Virus record (IMG/VR): IMGVR_UViG_2684623050_000001
Span: 32,001 to 96,000 of that record
DNA length: 64,000 nt
From: a virus
Lineage: Duplodnaviria; Caudoviricetes
Direction: 5' to 3' (one strand)
Shown here: positions 46,058-56,669 of the stretch, piece by piece
Layout of the letters: each line of letters opens with the position of its first letter
Numbering within the stretch: the stretch's first letter is position 1
The notes under the pieces: generated by a model
The model's input: only the letters and a program-made list of their open reading frames with translations
Told to the model about the DNA's origin: nothing
The model's database searches: none
Made by a program: the position numbers and the translations under genes

Positions 46058-46630
46058 CTACTCTGCGAGGATCGCGGCGATGCGCTTGAACTTGTCGAGC
46101 GACACCGAGCCGATGCGCTCGACGTGAACGGTCCGGTTCGGCTGGATGCGGCCGTTGATGCCGTGCCCGTGCAGCCGGAGCTCCTCGTCGTCGGAGCTGC
46201 GCTCTGTGCGGAAGCCGAGGGCTTGAAGCTCGGGCTCCTGCGCCACAATCCAGGACTTCTGCTCCAGGTGGGCGGCGTAGTGCTCGCGTCGGTTCGCGAG
46301 AGCCCCGACCGACGCATCGAGAATCCGCTTCTGGACCTCGCGCACGATACGCTCGACGGGTCGGGTGATGTCGAATTTGCCGTGGGCGCACCGATACTCG
46401 TCGCCCATCGGCATGTAGGGGTAGTAGGGAATCTCGTCCGGGAAGACGCCGATCTGAACGCGGCTCCCGCAGTTCCCGCAGTTCGTCTGCTCGGCGACCC
46501 GCACGCGATCCTTCCCGATCAGGAAGGACATGCTCCAATGATGACCGAAACCCTCGTCCTTCCGGAGATCGGTGCCGCCCAGGTCGATACAGAGCGCAGC
46601 GACGAACTCCATGAACTGCTTCTCTTCCAT
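46058..46630 (-). CDS. Hypothetical protein
   Basis: 190 aa. Confidence 0.6.
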   Translation of the reverse strand: MEEKQFMEFVAALCIDLGGTDLRKDEGFGHHWSMSFLIGKDRVRVAEQTNCGNCGSRVQIGVFPDEIPYYPYMPMGDEYRCAHGKFDITRPVERIVREVQKRILDASVGALANRREHYAAHLEQKSWIVAQEPELQALGFRTERSSDDEELRLHGHGINGRIQPNRTVHVERIGSVSLDKFKRIAAILAE

Positions 46631-46704
46631 CGCTCTTTCGCTCCTTCGCTGTGTGGCTGTTTCGCGATGTAGCGAAGGCGGGGATTGCTCCCCGCCCTCG
46701 TGAC

Positions 46705-47598
46705 TTAGAGGCTCATGAGGATCTTGAGCGCCGCGGCGAGCACGCTCTTGTCGTGGAGCTTGATCTTGTTGCCCGAGCGCACCGCGATCTTGAGCGCGGG
46801 GAACAGCGCCATCATCTGCCCCGACTGCGAGCGCGCGGTGCCCTCGCCGAGCCCCGTCGCCTTGAGGGCGTTCGTGAGCTCCACGCCCGTCATCTCGCCG
46901 CCCGGAGCGGCAGCCAGGGCCCGGAAGGCGATCTGCGTGTAGGTCGAGGGCAGACGCTCGTTGGCGACGCTCACGAGGAGATTCTCGAACTTCTCGCGGA
47001 CCTTCTTCTGCGCGGGGCAGGCGGCGATCACGGCGGCCTTGTGGGCGGCGAGATCGGCCGGCGCCTCGCCGTCGGTGAGGACGAAGATCTCGGCCGGCAG
47101 GTCGTTGAGGCCCTGGCGCACGCGGCCGGTGCCGGCGCTCGTCTTCTTGACCGCCTTCGCGGGCTTGGCAGCCGCGGCAGTCGCAGCGGCATCGGCGTCG
47201 AGGCTGGTGTCGTCGGCCGGCTGCTCGGCGTAGATCGCGTCGCGCTGCTCCTCGACCTCGATCTCCGCGCCGATCGCGTCGGCCAGGTCCTCGGTCACTT
47301 CGGTCTCCGGCGTGTCGGTGCCGCTCGCGACGATCGCCTCGTCGTCGCCGCCCTCGATCTCGGTCGCTTCCATCGAGACGGTCTCGGTGTCGGCCGCAGC
47401 CTCACCGGCCTCGATCATCTCCTCGACGGGCTCCTCGACGACCGGCTCCTCTCGGACCTCGGTCTGCTCGGGCGCGGCGTCGGCGACGGCCTCGATCTCC
47501 TGGATGTCGCCCTCGTCGATGTCGAGGTCGGCGAGGAGCAGGTCGATGTCGGCGTTCTGATCGACGTTGAGCGCGGCAGTGTTCGTGTTGACGTCCAT
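46705..47598 (-). CDS. Acidic N-terminus + C-terminal wHTH-like protein
   Basis: D/E-rich N-half; GTARSQSGQMMALFPALKIAVR wing motif. Confidence 0.7.
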   Translation of the reverse strand: MDVNTNTAALNVDQNADIDLLLADLDIDEGDIQEIEAVADAAPEQTEVREEPVVEEPVEEMIEAGEAAADTETVSMEATEIEGGDDEAIVASGTDTPETEVTEDLADAIGAEIEVEEQRDAIYAEQPADDTSLDADAAATAAAAKPAKAVKKTSAGTGRVRQGLNDLPAEIFVLTDGEAPADLAAHKAAVIAACPAQKKVREKFENLLVSVANERLPSTYTQIAFRALAAAPGGEMTGVELTNALKATGLGEGTARSQSGQMMALFPALKIAVRSGNKIKLHDKSVLAAALKILMSL

Positions 47599-47740
47599 TG
47601 TATGTCTTCCCTCTGTGTGAGCGCTGTGTGCTGCGCTGTGCTGTTGACTATTACGTTATAGCTTCAGCAACTCGGCGTGTCGGCTGGAACACAATGGAAG
47701 ACCAGCGGCTTTCGTGCTTCGCTAAACCGCTGGATCGCGA

Positions 47741-48058
47741 CTAGGCGACGACGCGCAGGTAGGGCGCGTGCTTCGGCTTCACCTTCGACGGCGGACGGTA
47801 GCCGGCGCCGACCGGGGCAGGGCGGTTCTCGGGGCACCAGGGATGGGGCATCGCCGCGGTCGGGAAGACCATGCGCTGGCGCTCCATCTTGTCGTGGAGC
47901 TTGGTCTCGCCGGCCCGCAGCAGCTCGAAATCGCCGGCCTTGCCGTCGAGCTGGTAGAAGGTGATGCGGCTCGCATCGAACTCGGCTCGGCTGACGCCCG
48001 GCTCCTCGTTCGCGTTGAACTGCGCGAGGGTCAGATTGTCGTTCACACCCACGAACAT
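47741..48058 (-). CDS. Hypothetical protein
   Basis: 105 aa. Confidence 0.5.
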   Translation of the reverse strand: MFVGVNDNLTLAQFNANEEPGVSRAEFDASRITFYQLDGKAGDFELLRAGETKLHDKMERQRMVFPTAAMPHPWCPENRPAPVGAGYRPPSKVKPKHAPYLRVVA

Positions 48059-48059
48059 G

Positions 48060-48353
48060 CTAACTCACCACTGACTGATTGTTGGAGGGACGGGTCTGCG
48101 GGCGCAGGTTGCCCAGAAGACCCATGACGACGACGCCGAGCTGCGCCACGATCCACATCGGGATGCCGATCACGATGAAGCCGGCGATGAAGCAGAGCAC
48201 CAGGAAGGCGAATCCGAACAGGCGCAGAAACTCGGCCGGGGCGTTCCAGACGCCGCGCTCGAAGCCGAGCCAGACCGAGTTCAGGTAGCTCGGGTTGGGA
48301 GCGCCTTCGAGGCCGCGCAGCGCGCGGGTCTTGAACTTACGCGGCTGCCGCAA
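48060..48353 (-). CDS. Membrane protein
   Basis: Long hydrophobic segment. Confidence 0.45.
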   Translation of the reverse strand: MRQPRKFKTRALRGLEGAPNPSYLNSVWLGFERGVWNAPAEFLRLFGFAFLVLCFIAGFIVIGIPMWIVAQLGVVVMGLLGNLRPQTRPSNNQSVVS

Positions 48354-48906
48354 GGTCGATCTCCGTCGTGTCGAAGGGGAGGGTGAAGCTCTGCCAGCGA
48401 ACGCCCTTGAAGAAGCAGGCCATCATGACCTCGACGTCGTAGTCGGCCGCGTGAGCGGCGCCGGTGCTGTAGGGGACGTCGAAGGCCGCGCAGAGCTTGC
48501 CGAGGTTCGGGACCGAACCCTCGGGCGTCGCGCAGCGGCCCTCAAGCATGGTGTCGAACCAGGGCGTCTTGATCTCGGTGAGGCCGATCCGCTTCAGCTC
48601 GTAGTTGGTGAAGGGCGCATCGAAGCCATCGCCGTTGTGGGCGACGATCAGATCGGCGTCGGAGAGGCGCTTGTGAACCTCGGGCGCGACGTCCTTCCAG
48701 ACCGGGCAGCCGGCAAGATCCGAGATCGAGATCTTGTGGACCTTCTGCGCTGCCGCGTCGATCGCGCGCTGCGGATTGATCCGCTGCACGTAGCGGTCGA
48801 TCAGCTTCTCGGTGCGCAGATCGTAGGTCAGCAGCGCGACCTCGATGATGCGGTGATCGCCGGGCGCGAGGCCCGTCGTCTCGGTGTCGTAGCCGACGAC
48901 CTTCAT
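48337..48906 (-). CDS. DEDDh 3'-5' exonuclease (DnaQ/epsilon-like)
   Basis: DTETTG, AHNGDGFD, AHAADYD. Confidence 0.92.
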   Translation of the reverse strand: MKVVGYDTETTGLAPGDHRIIEVALLTYDLRTEKLIDRYVQRINPQRAIDAAAQKVHKISISDLAGCPVWKDVAPEVHKRLSDADLIVAHNGDGFDAPFTNYELKRIGLTEIKTPWFDTMLEGRCATPEGSVPNLGKLCAAFDVPYSTGAAHAADYDVEVMMACFFKGVRWQSFTLPFDTTEIDLAAAA

Positions 48907-49418
48907 CACGCGGCGCTCCGGATGCTGTAGTCGCGGTGGCCGCGCCAGGCGTGCATCAGCTGCGCCATCGTCTCCTCGAAATCGTGGTTCTCGTGCTGGA
49001 TCGCGATGCCGCCCATCGCCGTCCAGGCGTCGCAGTTGCGGTCCCAGTCGTCGATCAGGATGTCGCCGGGCGCGTGCATGAACAGCGGCTTGTTCTTGCC
49101 GCCCATGACCGGCAGGACCGTCACGTTGGCGCCCAGGTGCTCCCGGACCCACTCGCGCTTCTGGAGCGCGACGCGCTGGTAGTCGGAGCGCGGGCAGGCC
49201 GTCAGGATGATCGGCTCCATGTCGGCGATCTGCCGGTAGAACTCCAGCGCGCCGGGGCAGACCGGCATGTCGCGGAAATAGGTCCCGTGACCCGTGATCT
49301 TGGCCCACATATCGTTGTCGAGCATCGACTTGTGGTCGACGCCGAACAGCGCCGGGAAATGCGCGTCGAAATCGGCCATCACGCCGTCGAGATCGAGGTA
49401 GAGGCGGCGGGTCGTCAT
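48906..49418 (-). CDS. HAD-family 5'(3')-deoxyribonucleotidase
   Basis: DLDGVMADF, ILT, KREW, LIDD. Confidence 0.88.
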   Translation of the reverse strand: MTTRRLYLDLDGVMADFDAHFPALFGVDHKSMLDNDMWAKITGHGTYFRDMPVCPGALEFYRQIADMEPIILTACPRSDYQRVALQKREWVREHLGANVTVLPVMGGKNKPLFMHAPGDILIDDWDRNCDAWTAMGGIAIQHENHDFEETMAQLMHAWRGHRDYSIRSAA

Positions 49419-49774
49419 TGCGGTGCGTGCTCCTTCAGTTCCTGACGGGCGCGGTAGATGAGCTGGGCGATGTCCCAGTCCACGAGCCCGGACACGGTGT
49501 CGTAGATGCCGTCCACGATGCACCAGAGCTCCCGCCCGGTGATCTGGCCGTCCGAGAATCGCAGCTGGGCGTCGGCGAGTGTGCCTAAAGCCTTGCGCGT
49601 GATCTCGTCTTTCATTGTCGCCCATTCGCTTTTCAGCGGCTTCGCGGGTTCGCGCTTGGGCGATCTGAGTTTCGTGGCGAGCTCCCGGAGCAGCCCCGAG
49701 GCGGGGTTGTCGGGCCTCAGTCGGTCCAGGGCCTTCGCCCCGGCCTCACAAGCGATTGCGTGACGCTCGCTCAT
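49415..49774 (-). CDS. Hypothetical protein
   Basis: 119 aa, SD GAGGA, promoter 49812-49840. Confidence 0.5.
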   Translation of the reverse strand: MSERHAIACEAGAKALDRLRPDNPASGLLRELATKLRSPKREPAKPLKSEWATMKDEITRKALGTLADAQLRFSDGQITGRELWCIVDGIYDTVSGLVDWDIAQLIYRARQELKEHAPQ

Positions 49775-49859
49775 TCATCCTCTCAATGTGCAAACGCTCT
49801 CGCGTCACTCTGTTATAGCGACGCGAGAGCGGCAGTTCAGTCAGTGCTGACTGGTTTCT

Positions 49860-51383
49860 TTAGGCAGCCTTCAGGTGCTTCGAGAGGGCCTTGCGGCACA
49901 TCTTGAGCTCCTTCTCGATCTCCCGCAGCGACTTGCCGGCCTTGTGGAGCTCGGTCGCCTTGAGGAGCTTCTCGGCGTAGGTGAGCACCGTGCTGACCTC
50001 GGCCGGGGCAGGGGCCTTCTGGGCGAACGCCGGCTTGGCGACCTTCTTCGGCTTCGACTTGCGCTTGGGCGCGTTGACGATCTCCTTCACCAGGCTGTTG
50101 GTGATGGCGAAGTCGCCGAACTTCTTGGTGCGCAGCACCAGGCGCCCGGTCTTGCCGTCGTCACGGGTGGCCGCGACCTCGTAGTCGCCGTCGTCCAGCT
50201 TCTTCGAGCCCCTGATCCGCACCCAGTTGCCGGGGATCGCACGATCCCAGGCCGTCTGCGCCTTGGGCTTCTCGGGCACCACCGGCGCCGGGGCAGGGGA
50301 GGGCGCAGCCTCGGTGCCCTTCAGCTCCTCGCCGAGCTTGGCCTTGACCGCCTTGGCGTCGATCTTGGGCCGCTCCTCGATCTTGCGAACCGGGTTGAGC
50401 GCGGCCGGCAGACCAGGAGCGGCGCCGGTCTGAGTGACGGTGAGCGCGGTCTCCTTGTCCTTCACGAAGGAGCCGCCCACGACGACCTCTTCGAGCACAC
50501 CGACGTGATTGCCGGCGACGACGTTGGCGACGATGCCCCGCGCCTCCTTGGCAGTCAGCGCTGACTTATACTCCGAGACAGCCTTGTGAGCGGAGCCGTC
50601 GAGCAGCGCGACCAGGTGGTAGGCCGAGCAGCGCATCTTGCCGCCGTTGTAGTTCTCCGGGATCGCGATGACGTCGGCGGGATCGACCTTCACCAAGAAG
50701 ACGGAATCGCCATACTGGCCGTAGCTCGCCGAGCAGACGTGCAGGCCGGAGCCGCACTGCGCACGGTCGACGCGGATCTTGTCGAGCGGCATCGAGACGC
50801 GCGAGCCGAGACGCTGCATAACCCGGCCGGTGTGATGGTCGGCGAAGGTGTCGGGGCCCTTCTTGTCGAGGAACTTGTAGAGGACGATGCAGCCGTCGTC
50901 GGCGATCGGCAGATCCATCTTCTTCACGAAGGCGAGGAGCTCGTCCGCGGTGTGCTTGTGGTCGAGACGAGCGAAGCGCTCCAGGAACCGGGTGAGGCTG
51001 GTGCCGCCGTTCATCGCGGTGTCCTCGATCGCCTTCTCCAGCGCCGAAGCGTCCTCGATCTTGACGCCGGCAGCGGTCGAGATCGCGAGCTTGGAGACGC
51101 CGTTCTCGACCTTCTCCTCGACCGTGACCGCGCCGCCCGTGACCTCGGCGATGCGCTTGGCGAGGCTGAACTGGTCGAGGTCGATCTCGATGCAGGCGCT
51201 CAGATCACTGCCGGACGCAGCAGCTTCGGCCGTCGCCTTGGCGAGCGGCACGAGCACCGCGTCCAGAATCGCCGCAGTGCGCCAGCTCTCCTGGCCGAAC
51301 ACCTGGCTCTTGCCGTCGGACGTGAAGAGAGTCACGCCGTTCTTGGAGACGATCGCTCCGGAAACGCAGATCTTGTTGCTCAC
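49860..51383 (-). CDS. rIIB: rIIB-like protein
   Basis: DLPIADDGCIVLYK...CGSGLHVCS...VKVDPADVIAIP...KMRCSAY; follows rIIA. Confidence 0.85.
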   Translation of the reverse strand: MSNKICVSGAIVSKNGVTLFTSDGKSQVFGQESWRTAAILDAVLVPLAKATAEAAASGSDLSACIEIDLDQFSLAKRIAEVTGGAVTVEEKVENGVSKLAISTAAGVKIEDASALEKAIEDTAMNGGTSLTRFLERFARLDHKHTADELLAFVKKMDLPIADDGCIVLYKFLDKKGPDTFADHHTGRVMQRLGSRVSMPLDKIRVDRAQCGSGLHVCSASYGQYGDSVFLVKVDPADVIAIPENYNGGKMRCSAYHLVALLDGSAHKAVSEYKSALTAKEARGIVANVVAGNHVGVLEEVVVGGSFVKDKETALTVTQTGAAPGLPAALNPVRKIEERPKIDAKAVKAKLGEELKGTEAAPSPAPAPVVPEKPKAQTAWDRAIPGNWVRIRGSKKLDDGDYEVAATRDDGKTGRLVLRTKKFGDFAITNSLVKEIVNAPKRKSKPKKVAKPAFAQKAPAPAEVSTVLTYAEKLLKATELHKAGKSLREIEKELKMCRKALSKHLKAA

Positions 51384-53757
51384 TTGCTGTTCTCCTTGCG
51401 GGAAATGTAACGCTGACCCAACTGTTCAGCGAAATCGAGGAAGTCTTCGCGCTGCGTCTGGGTCATCATGAGGAACTTCGACTTGTCGAAGACTTCCAGC
51501 AATCCCAGGTGCTCGACGCGGGTCTGAAGAGGCTCCCGTCCTTGAAGCCGGTGGCCTCAAGCTCGCAGACGATGTTGCGGTATTCCTCAACGAGCTTGAG
51601 GATCTCGGTGGACTCGGACTTGTCGAGATGGTCCGAGGAAGCCCAGCGCTGATGCAGGACGGTCTTCGCCATCAGCCACCAGGTCCAGGCGTCGTCGCGA
51701 TCCGCGTCGTCGGTGTAGGGCTCACGCACAGCGGCGTGAGCGAAGCGACGCGAATGGGCGATCATCATGCCGGCGAGCTCCGAACCCATCTTGCTCGGGT
51801 TCGAGGCGAGCAGCGCCAGCTTCACGTAGAGGGCCTCGTAGGGCTTGTTCAGCGCGAGCCGGGCGCGGAGCTTCTCCAGGACCAGCGTTTCCAGACGCGG
51901 GATGTTCTGGCCCTGCAAAAAGTCCATGTCGGACCGCTTCCAAATCATTGCTACCTCGCCGATGTGCTTCTTGATGAGATCCAATACCAAATGCGCGTTG
52001 GGCGGCTGTCGGGTCAGGTAAAACGCGGGCTTGTAGTCGACAGATGTTGCCTTCACGCCGAAGTAGGCGGCCGGCATGAAGATGCGGGGAGAGACGTGGC
52101 ACTCGCGGGTCGCGTAGAGCGTGATATCGTCCTTCGAGTAGGTCTCGCGGTCGCGATACTGGTCCCACGAAAGCTTGATGAAGCGAGGCGGGCAGGGCGG
52201 TCCGAACTGCTCCTTCGGCTTCTCGGCCTCGGGAATCACCTTCACAGCCGGCTTGAGGTCGATGACCTCGATGCCGAGCTTCTTCCCCTGCTCCAGAATG
52301 ACCTTGCGCTGGCTCTCCTTGAGCTTGCCGATCAGGATGTAGCCGCGCTCGGCCTTCCTCGCCTCGATCTTGTTCTGGGCGAGGAAGATGCGGGGCTTCC
52401 GCCAGCGGCCGTGAAAGCTGTAGGTGCGGTCCCGGTCGGGCTTGTTGGCCGCAATGGGCTTCTCGCGCTGCGTCACCTTGATGTGCAGGAGCTTCAGCAC
52501 GTCGGCCTTGGTCGCGAGCCGCGCCACCGAGCGCTTGGCGTATTCGGTGGCGTCCCGCTCGAACGAGAAGCCCCGGCCGTGCTTGTGGCTCGCGATCTGC
52601 CGCAGGCCCCTCCGGCGATGCTTCATCGTGCCGAGGAAGATCTTCGCCTGCTCGCGCTCGGAGAAGCCGCGATTCGACATCACGTAGAGGGCGTAGCCGC
52701 GCGCGATCGCCTCGATGCCGGTGAGGAGCTTCTCGTTCTCGTTCTGCGCCTCGATATAGACCTTCTCGGCCGGCAGCTTGTTGCGCTTGGCGTCCTTGTA
52801 GGCCTCCTTCAGGAAGCCCTTCAGGTAGTGGTTCACCCGACCCTGGCAGCGGCCGACGACGCCTGCCAGCACCTTCTTGAGCGTGCCGACCGTCTGATCG
52901 TTGTAGGACAACGCCTCGCGCGAGGGTGTGACCGAGATCGAGGACGGCGGGGCGTAGATGATGAAGGAGCGGTTGTTGAAGGTCATATCGCGCAGCCGCG
53001 AGATGTAGGCTTGAAGCTCCTCGTGCGTGTCCAGCGGGTAGAGAACGTTGGCGTAGAGGACCTGGACCTTCGCGATGTTGCGGCGCGACAGGTAGCCGAG
53101 GCCGAAGCCGTTGCGCTTGAGCTCCGTGTAGTCGGGCGCGCTGAGACGCTCGCCGTTGAGGTCGACGACCATGCCGCCTTCCTGAACGACCTGCTTGAGC
53201 GCGCTCTCGATCTTGTCGCGCATGCCGACGGCCAGCGGCACCGAGACCGTCAGGCCGGTCCCATCGGTGCGCGACTTCATCATGACCTTGGCGCCGGGCG
53301 TGCCGTTCGTGGTCGGGTCGCCGACGTGCATCGCGTAGAGGGTCGAGATGCCCTGGTGACGCGAGATCACGGTGAAGTGGTCGGAGATCGCGAACGGGGC
53401 CTTGGAGCCGAGGCCGAAGCCGCCCGTCTGGTTGTCCTGGCCCTCCTTCGTCGAGGCGAAGAGGGTGCAGTAGATGTCGGCGATGCGGTCGTCGGCGATG
53501 CCGGGGCCCTGGTCCTCGACGATCAGCTCGTCGTCCGAGAGCGTCACCTTGACCGGCTCGCTCTCCTTGCCGACCATCGCGTGCGCGTCGATGGCGTTGC
53601 AGACGATCTCTCGGACCGCGGCACGCTCCTTGTCGCGGTAGAGGCTGTCGGACATGATCTTGAAGGCCGCAGCAGACGCCTTCACCTGGAAGGCGTGCGT
53701 CTTGCCGCCTCCGATGATGACGTGGCTGTCCGGCTCAGTGACGTGGGTCACTTGCAT
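51380..53757 (-). CDS. rIIA: rIIA-like GHKL ATPase protein (apparent 1-nt frameshift near 51536)
   Basis: SLYRDK..AVREIVCNAIDAH, DQGPGI, ASTK, GGFGLGSKAPF; C-terminus continues in the -1 frame to a TGA overlapping the rIIB start. Confidence 0.88.
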
Positions 53758-53862
53758 GGGCGCGTCTCTCGCTCTCTGTGTGTGCGCTGCGCGTCTCAGT
53801 CAGCGCTGACTGACTTGTTATAGCGACAAAATCGCGGCGTTTCAGTCAGCGCTGAGTGATTT

Positions 53863-54465
53863 TTAATGGAGCGACAAGGACGCCTTCTCCTCGCCCCACT
53901 CCTTCATCGAGCGGACGATGACCTCGGTGCAGTCCTTGGCCCGGTCCTCCAGATCCGTCCGGAAGATGTGGGCCACGTTGGCGTGGTCGATCATCATCGC
54001 CAGGCCCTCGCAGACCATCTGGTGATGCCACTGGTAGCCGAGGTTCGCCGGCGCCTTGCCCTCGGCCTCCTCGTAGAAGGGGAGGGGACGCAGGATCAGC
54101 ACCGTGTCGAAGAACTGGTCGGTCAGGTGGACGGCCCGATCGACGTAGGCCTTGACCCGCTCACCCAGCTCCGCGTGATCGTGCATGCGGATGTCGGCGA
54201 GCAGGTAGCCGGCGAGACACAGCGGCGTCCGGTCGGTGATCGCCGGCCGTGGCAGCTTGCGCATCATCTCCTCGTAGTGATCGAGGTAGGCCTCCTGCGC
54301 GTCGATGCGGACGGAGAAGGGGAGGGTGGGGTCGACGAGGTTGAAGCCCTTCTCCTTCATGATCTCGGCCGTGTTGAACGTGTGGTAGTGAAGGCTCAGG
54401 CCTTCCGAGAGCAGCCGGCAGAGCGTGGACTTGCCGGTGCGGCTCGCTCCTGCGAATCCGAACAT
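53863..54465 (-). CDS. P-loop nucleotide kinase / AAA_28-like ATPase
   Basis: GASRTGKST, ITDRTP. Confidence 0.75.
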   Translation of the reverse strand: MFGFAGASRTGKSTLCRLLSEGLSLHYHTFNTAEIMKEKGFNLVDPTLPFSVRIDAQEAYLDHYEEMMRKLPRPAITDRTPLCLAGYLLADIRMHDHAELGERVKAYVDRAVHLTDQFFDTVLILRPLPFYEEAEGKAPANLGYQWHHQMVCEGLAMMIDHANVAHIFRTDLEDRAKDCTEVIVRSMKEWGEEKASLSLH

Positions 54466-54719
54466 GGTAAACCTTTGTATGGCTTGTAGAATTTCCCAAA
54501 CCGCTTGGTTTGGATGAAGCGATTGACGGGCGTGAAGTCCTGCTCCCCGCCCGTCTTCGACGAGACGCGGGCGACCTCGACCTCGATCACACGCTGAAGA
54601 CCGCACACCGTCTGTTTGCGGCGCACGGTCTCCAGTCGGTCGATGCGGACGAGCCGAAGCTCGTCCGTGTGACGTGGGTAGAGGTCGCGCCAGATCTGAC
54701 CGACGCGAACCGGGGTCAC
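54396..54719 (-). CDS. Hypothetical protein
   Basis: VRVGQIWRDLYPR motif. Confidence 0.45.
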   Translation of the reverse strand: MTPVRVGQIWRDLYPRHTDELRLVRIDRLETVRRKQTVCGLQRVIEVEVARVSSKTGGEQDFTPVNRFIQTKRFGKFYKPYKGLPCSDSQERAAPASPRSAGCSRKA

Positions 54720-55390
54720 GCGGCGTTACCCTTCACGATGGCCGCAGCGGCTTCCTCGGGCTCGGCTTCGAGCCACTTGGTCCCGAGGCCACCCGGCAAC
54801 GCAACGAACTCAGCAGCGCGATTATCGCAGCGACGCGCGAGCATGCCGCCCGGTCGCATCTGCTCGCGGATCACGTCGCCGACGAGACCCCGCGACGCGC
54901 CGTCGGCAGCGCGAAGGATGCCGCCCGAGGCGAACCCGCCGACGCCGGTTGAACCGAACCCACCGGTGCCGCGCTCCGTCTCGTCGAGCTCCTCGACCTC
55001 ATCGAAGATCGCGCGGTAGACAGGCACGATCACGCCCTGCGCGATGCGGTCGCCGGGCTTGACCACGAACTGCTGGTGCGTGGTGTTGTGGATCACGACA
55101 CCGATGCCGCCGCGGTAGTCCGCGTCGATCACGCCCGGCCCGTTGTGGACGGTGATGCCGGACTTGGCCGACAGGCCGGAGCGCGGGCAGACCAGCAGCG
55201 CCAGGCTCGCCGGCAGGGCGATCGCGATGCCGGTCGGGAACAGCTTGTGCTCGCCGGGCGCCACGACGCTCGCATGCGGGATGTCGGCGTGCAGATCCAT
55301 ACCGGCCGCGAAGTCGGAGCCGTAGACGGGCAGGATCGCGGTCTCGGTGAGACGCTTCACCTGGAGACGGAAAGGGGCGACGGCGTTCAA
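54716..55390 (-). CDS. dut: dUTPase with C-terminal extension
   Basis: AGMDL, PRSGL, GVIDADYRG, GDRIAQ, RGTGGFGSTG. Confidence 0.96.
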   Translation of the reverse strand: MNAVAPFRLQVKRLTETAILPVYGSDFAAGMDLHADIPHASVVAPGEHKLFPTGIAIALPASLALLVCPRSGLSAKSGITVHNGPGVIDADYRGGIGVVIHNTTHQQFVVKPGDRIAQGVIVPVYRAIFDEVEELDETERGTGGFGSTGVGGFASGGILRAADGASRGLVGDVIREQMRPGGMLARRCDNRAAEFVALPGGLGTKWLEAEPEEAAAAIVKGNAA

Positions 55391-55671
55391 GCGGCTTCTC
55401 CGACGATGATCTTGGCGCGCTGCTCGGCGGCCTTGAGGGCGAAATCACTGCCGGCGAGGACGGCTTCCTCGTCGGTGTCGAAGGGGCCGTGCAGGACCAC
55501 CTTCATCTTGGTGCCGATGTCAGCGAGTGTGACCTCGGGCATGAAGAAGAAGTAGAAGCCCGCGGGCTGCTCCTCTCCTTGCGGGACCTCGGTGATCTGG
55601 ACGGGGACACGGGCGAACGTCGCGCCCGTGCCCTCATCGACCAGCTCAACGAACTCGGTTCTCGTGCTCAT
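55387..55671 (-). CDS. Hypothetical protein
   Basis: HGPFDTDEEA motif; 94 aa. Confidence 0.55.
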   Translation of the reverse strand: MSTRTEFVELVDEGTGATFARVPVQITEVPQGEEQPAGFYFFFMPEVTLADIGTKMKVVLHGPFDTDEEAVLAGSDFALKAAEQRAKIIVGEAA

Positions 55672-55701
55672 TGAACCCTCGTTAGTCAGTAGTGACTGAA
55701 A

Positions 55702-56229
55702 TTACTTCTCGGCGTTGGAGATCACCAGCGGCTCCACGCGCAGCCGGATCGGCTTGTCGCTGTAGAGATACTGGCCGGACCACTGCCGATACTCGTCGTT
55801 GACCGTCCGGTAGAAGATGTATTCTCCGGACGAGCCCCAGGTGCCCTCGTCGGAGGGCGTCTGGTCGAGCGTGTAGGCGTAGCTCGGGCCGGCGTCGTTG
55901 CGCTTGATCGCCGTCGGCTTGGTCAGGCGCTTCGAGCCGGACGTCACCTTACCCTTCACGACGTCGTAGGCGATCGGCTGACCCGCCTGGTTCATCAGCA
56001 CGATGTAGCCGATGGCGCCGGGCTTCGAGGTCAGCTCGATGCGCCAGCGGATGTTGTCGATCTCGGCGTTCTCGGTGAACGAGATGGCGTTGGCCGCTTC
56101 CTGGGCCTTGCGGGACTGCTCGTTCTTGACGGTGTTGGTCTGGGACGTCGCCGGCATATTGCAGGCGCCGAGGGCGAGAGCGAGGCTGGCGAGCGCCAGG
56201 CCGGGGAAGAAGGAACGACGGAACGGCAT
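55702..56229 (-). CDS. Lipoprotein
   Basis: Lipobox LGAC after a hydrophobic signal. Confidence 0.75.
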   Translation of the reverse strand: MPFRRSFFPGLALASLALALGACNMPATSQTNTVKNEQSRKAQEAANAISFTENAEIDNIRWRIELTSKPGAIGYIVLMNQAGQPIAYDVVKGKVTSGSKRLTKPTAIKRNDAGPSYAYTLDQTPSDEGTWGSSGEYIFYRTVNDEYRQWSGQYLYSDKPIRLRVEPLVISNAEK

Positions 56230-56236
56230 GGACGGA

Positions 56237-56644
56237 TCAGACCTCGCAAGCAGCGGCGTTGAGGGATTCGGGCGCGTCGGCGCGGAAGATGGCCTTGTTC
56301 ATCTTCGAGGCGTCGGCGTTGTAGCGGGCGGCGATGTCCCGGCAGGACTGCTGCTGGCCGAAGAACTCGGTCCGCAGGTAGACCCGCTCCTTCGGGTCGG
56401 TCTCGGCGTCGAGCGCCTTCTTGTGCGCCCGGAGCTGGGCGACGCGGGCGTCGAAGACCTTGTTCAGGTCGCGGAACCGCTCGTAGGACGAGATGATGTT
56501 GTTGGTCTCCAGCGTCTTGCTGATGACCCGGCCGGGCGCCGTCGCGACGCTACCGATCGTGCCGACGGTCGAGGCGACGATGCCCAGACCGCCGAGAGCG
56601 ACGATCCCGACGATGCAGTAGCCGAAAAGCTTGGTGGGGCTCAC
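56237..56644 (-). CDS. N-terminally anchored membrane protein
   Basis: GTG start, SD AAGGAG, TM then helical domain (ARYNADA). Confidence 0.65.
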   Translation of the reverse strand: MSPTKLFGYCIVGIVALGGLGIVASTVGTIGSVATAPGRVISKTLETNNIISSYERFRDLNKVFDARVAQLRAHKKALDAETDPKERVYLRTEFFGQQQSCRDIAARYNADASKMNKAIFRADAPESLNAAACEV

Positions 56645-56669
56645 AGATTTCTCCTTCGCTAGATAGCGG

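Noticed and set aside
55702-56644. Spanin pair (membrane protein + lipoprotein)
   Set aside because: Located among nucleotide-metabolism genes; the lipoprotein is long and not Pro-rich. Left unassigned.
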